A DNA stretch of 64,000 nucleotides from Mobula hypostoma (Eukaryota): NCBI RefSeq assembly GCF_963921235.1, contig NC_086097.1, forward strand, positions 87,236,001 through 87,300,000, in the 5' to 3' direction. A program made the position numbers and the translations under genes. The notes under the pieces were generated by a model. That model saw nothing but the letters and a program-made list of their open reading frames with translations. It was not told the DNA's origin and ran no database searches. Of the stretch, positions 62,600 through 64,000 are shown piece by piece; the stretch's first letter is position 1; each line of letters starts with the position of its first letter.

Positions 62600-63158
62600 A
62601 ATTTTGATACAGGTCAGTACAAAGGTAACTGAGTTGTTCACATTACAGCAAAATGGACGGAGAACAACACTAGGGCAATTGTGGCACAGCTATGCAGAGA
62701 TCTGGTGAGATCACATCTGGAGTACTGTGTATTTACGATCTCCTGATTTATGGAGAGATGTTGGAGGCAGAAAAGAGAGGGTTCACTAGGTTACTTCCTG
62801 CAATGAAAGTATTGTCTAATGAGGAAAGGTTCTGCAGGACTGGCCTTTACTCACATGGTTCAGAAGAAAATGTTTCTCCCCATGGGGGAAAATTAGGAGG
62901 GGGTGTATTTTAAGAATAAGGGATTACCCATTTAAAATGAAAAGGAGGAGGAATTTCTATCAGAGTGTTGAGTATTTTTGGAGTTTACTACTCAGAGAAT
63001 TGAGTCATTGAATATATTCAAGACTGAGAAGGCTTTGTGGCTGTAGGGAGTTGAGAATCATGGGGAACAGGCAAAAATTTGGAGTTGGTCCCAAGACTAG
63101 ATCTGTCTTGATCTTGTTGAGTAGCTAGAAGTACTGTATGGCCTACTGCCATTCCTTT
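62600..63158 (+). mobile_element. Degenerate CR1 C-terminal region and 3' end
   Basis: LVRSHLEYCV, EKRGFTRLLPAMKVLSNEERFCRTGLYS, 'aggaggaatttctatcagag'. Confidence 0.7.
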
Positions 63159-63634
63159 TACAATATTCTTGTGAAATCTTTACCTTGTCTTCCTTATGCC
63201 TGACTCTGCCAGTGTGATAAATTTCTCTAACTCTGAATTGCCTCAAAAGCTAAGGGCAGTTGGACGTGAGGAATCTTTTTACTTGTTACATACACCTGTT
63301 AGGGTGCATTCTCCAGTTACCTTATAAGGTAACCATAGCCTTCAGCCAGGAGCAGATGTCATCAGGTGGTTCCCAACCTTCACCGAGTGTTTCGACCTTT
63401 AACCATGACACTCTCCAGTTGGTGGGCTGGCAGTGGTGGCCAAATCACTGCCCATCTAAATAATAGTGTAGGCTTTATTCCTACATCCCATGAAGGAAGT
63501 AAAGAAAATGATGAATCCAAAATTTGGATCTCACTGCTGATCGGTAGTTCTTAGGATTTATAAAGTACACGCGACTAAGCTACACCAACGTTCTTGATTG
63601 GAGAGGAGAAGATGATTTGTAAATGTACATTTGC

Positions 63635-63864
63635 TGTTATTTAATATTTCAGTAATATTGTAAATATACTGTTTGACTAAGCATTCTTTGTTGTTTAAAT
63701 AATTCATTATGGTTATATGTAAAAGTACGTGAATGGCATACGTCATAATGTCACCACAACATAAGTGAGTACCTCAGTAAAGTAAAAATGAAATACACAC
63801 GTTATTCCCAGCTCTGTGTTTTTCTTCTGATTTGTTTTATGTTTTGGAGTTAGAAAATGTAACA
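63635..63864 (+). mobile_element. Possible short solo LTR
   Basis: TGTTA...TAACA termini; 3' part resembles the reverse complement of 9345-9435; no TSD seen. Confidence 0.4.
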
Positions 63865-64000
63865 GCTTCCAAGTATAAATTGTCTAGCAACAGGCCTTTA
63901 TTTCCTCCTAAATTTAGATTATTCCATTTCTGATTACCTTACATCAAAACTGGAATCAATCCAGACATCCAAACATAAGTGGTGATCTTAACCTGGAGTG

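Overview
Eukaryotic, repeat-dense genomic DNA, with no confidently identifiable host protein-coding exon, so it is intergenic or lies within a large intron. The repeat mix (Rex1/Babar, CR1, Penelope, RTE, V-domain and Deu-domain SINEs) suggests a cartilaginous fish, probably a ray; this is inference. Almost all ORF-track entries are transposon debris or chance ORFs. The main structures are: (1) a full-length, TSD-flanked I-group/Nimb-like LINE with RNase H (45022-50923, minus), interrupted by a solo LTR; (2) an internally deleted sushi-like Ty3/Gypsy chromovirus (51582-55944) with a rearranged 5' end, with both (1) and (2) nested in an old CR1; (3) many Penelope-like element (PLE) pieces, often as inverted pairs, carrying minimal hammerhead-ribozyme motifs, one of which has an intact core; (4) Tigger, MITE and hAT DNA-transposon relics; (5) an RTE-related nonautonomous element whose 5' end has a possible HDV-like ribozyme topology and is interrupted by an inverted copy of nearby DNA. 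I found no evidence for a wholly new biological system. The best leads are the ribozyme-like motifs and the nested or templated insertions. Boundaries are exact where TSDs or TIRs are quoted and approximate elsewhere.
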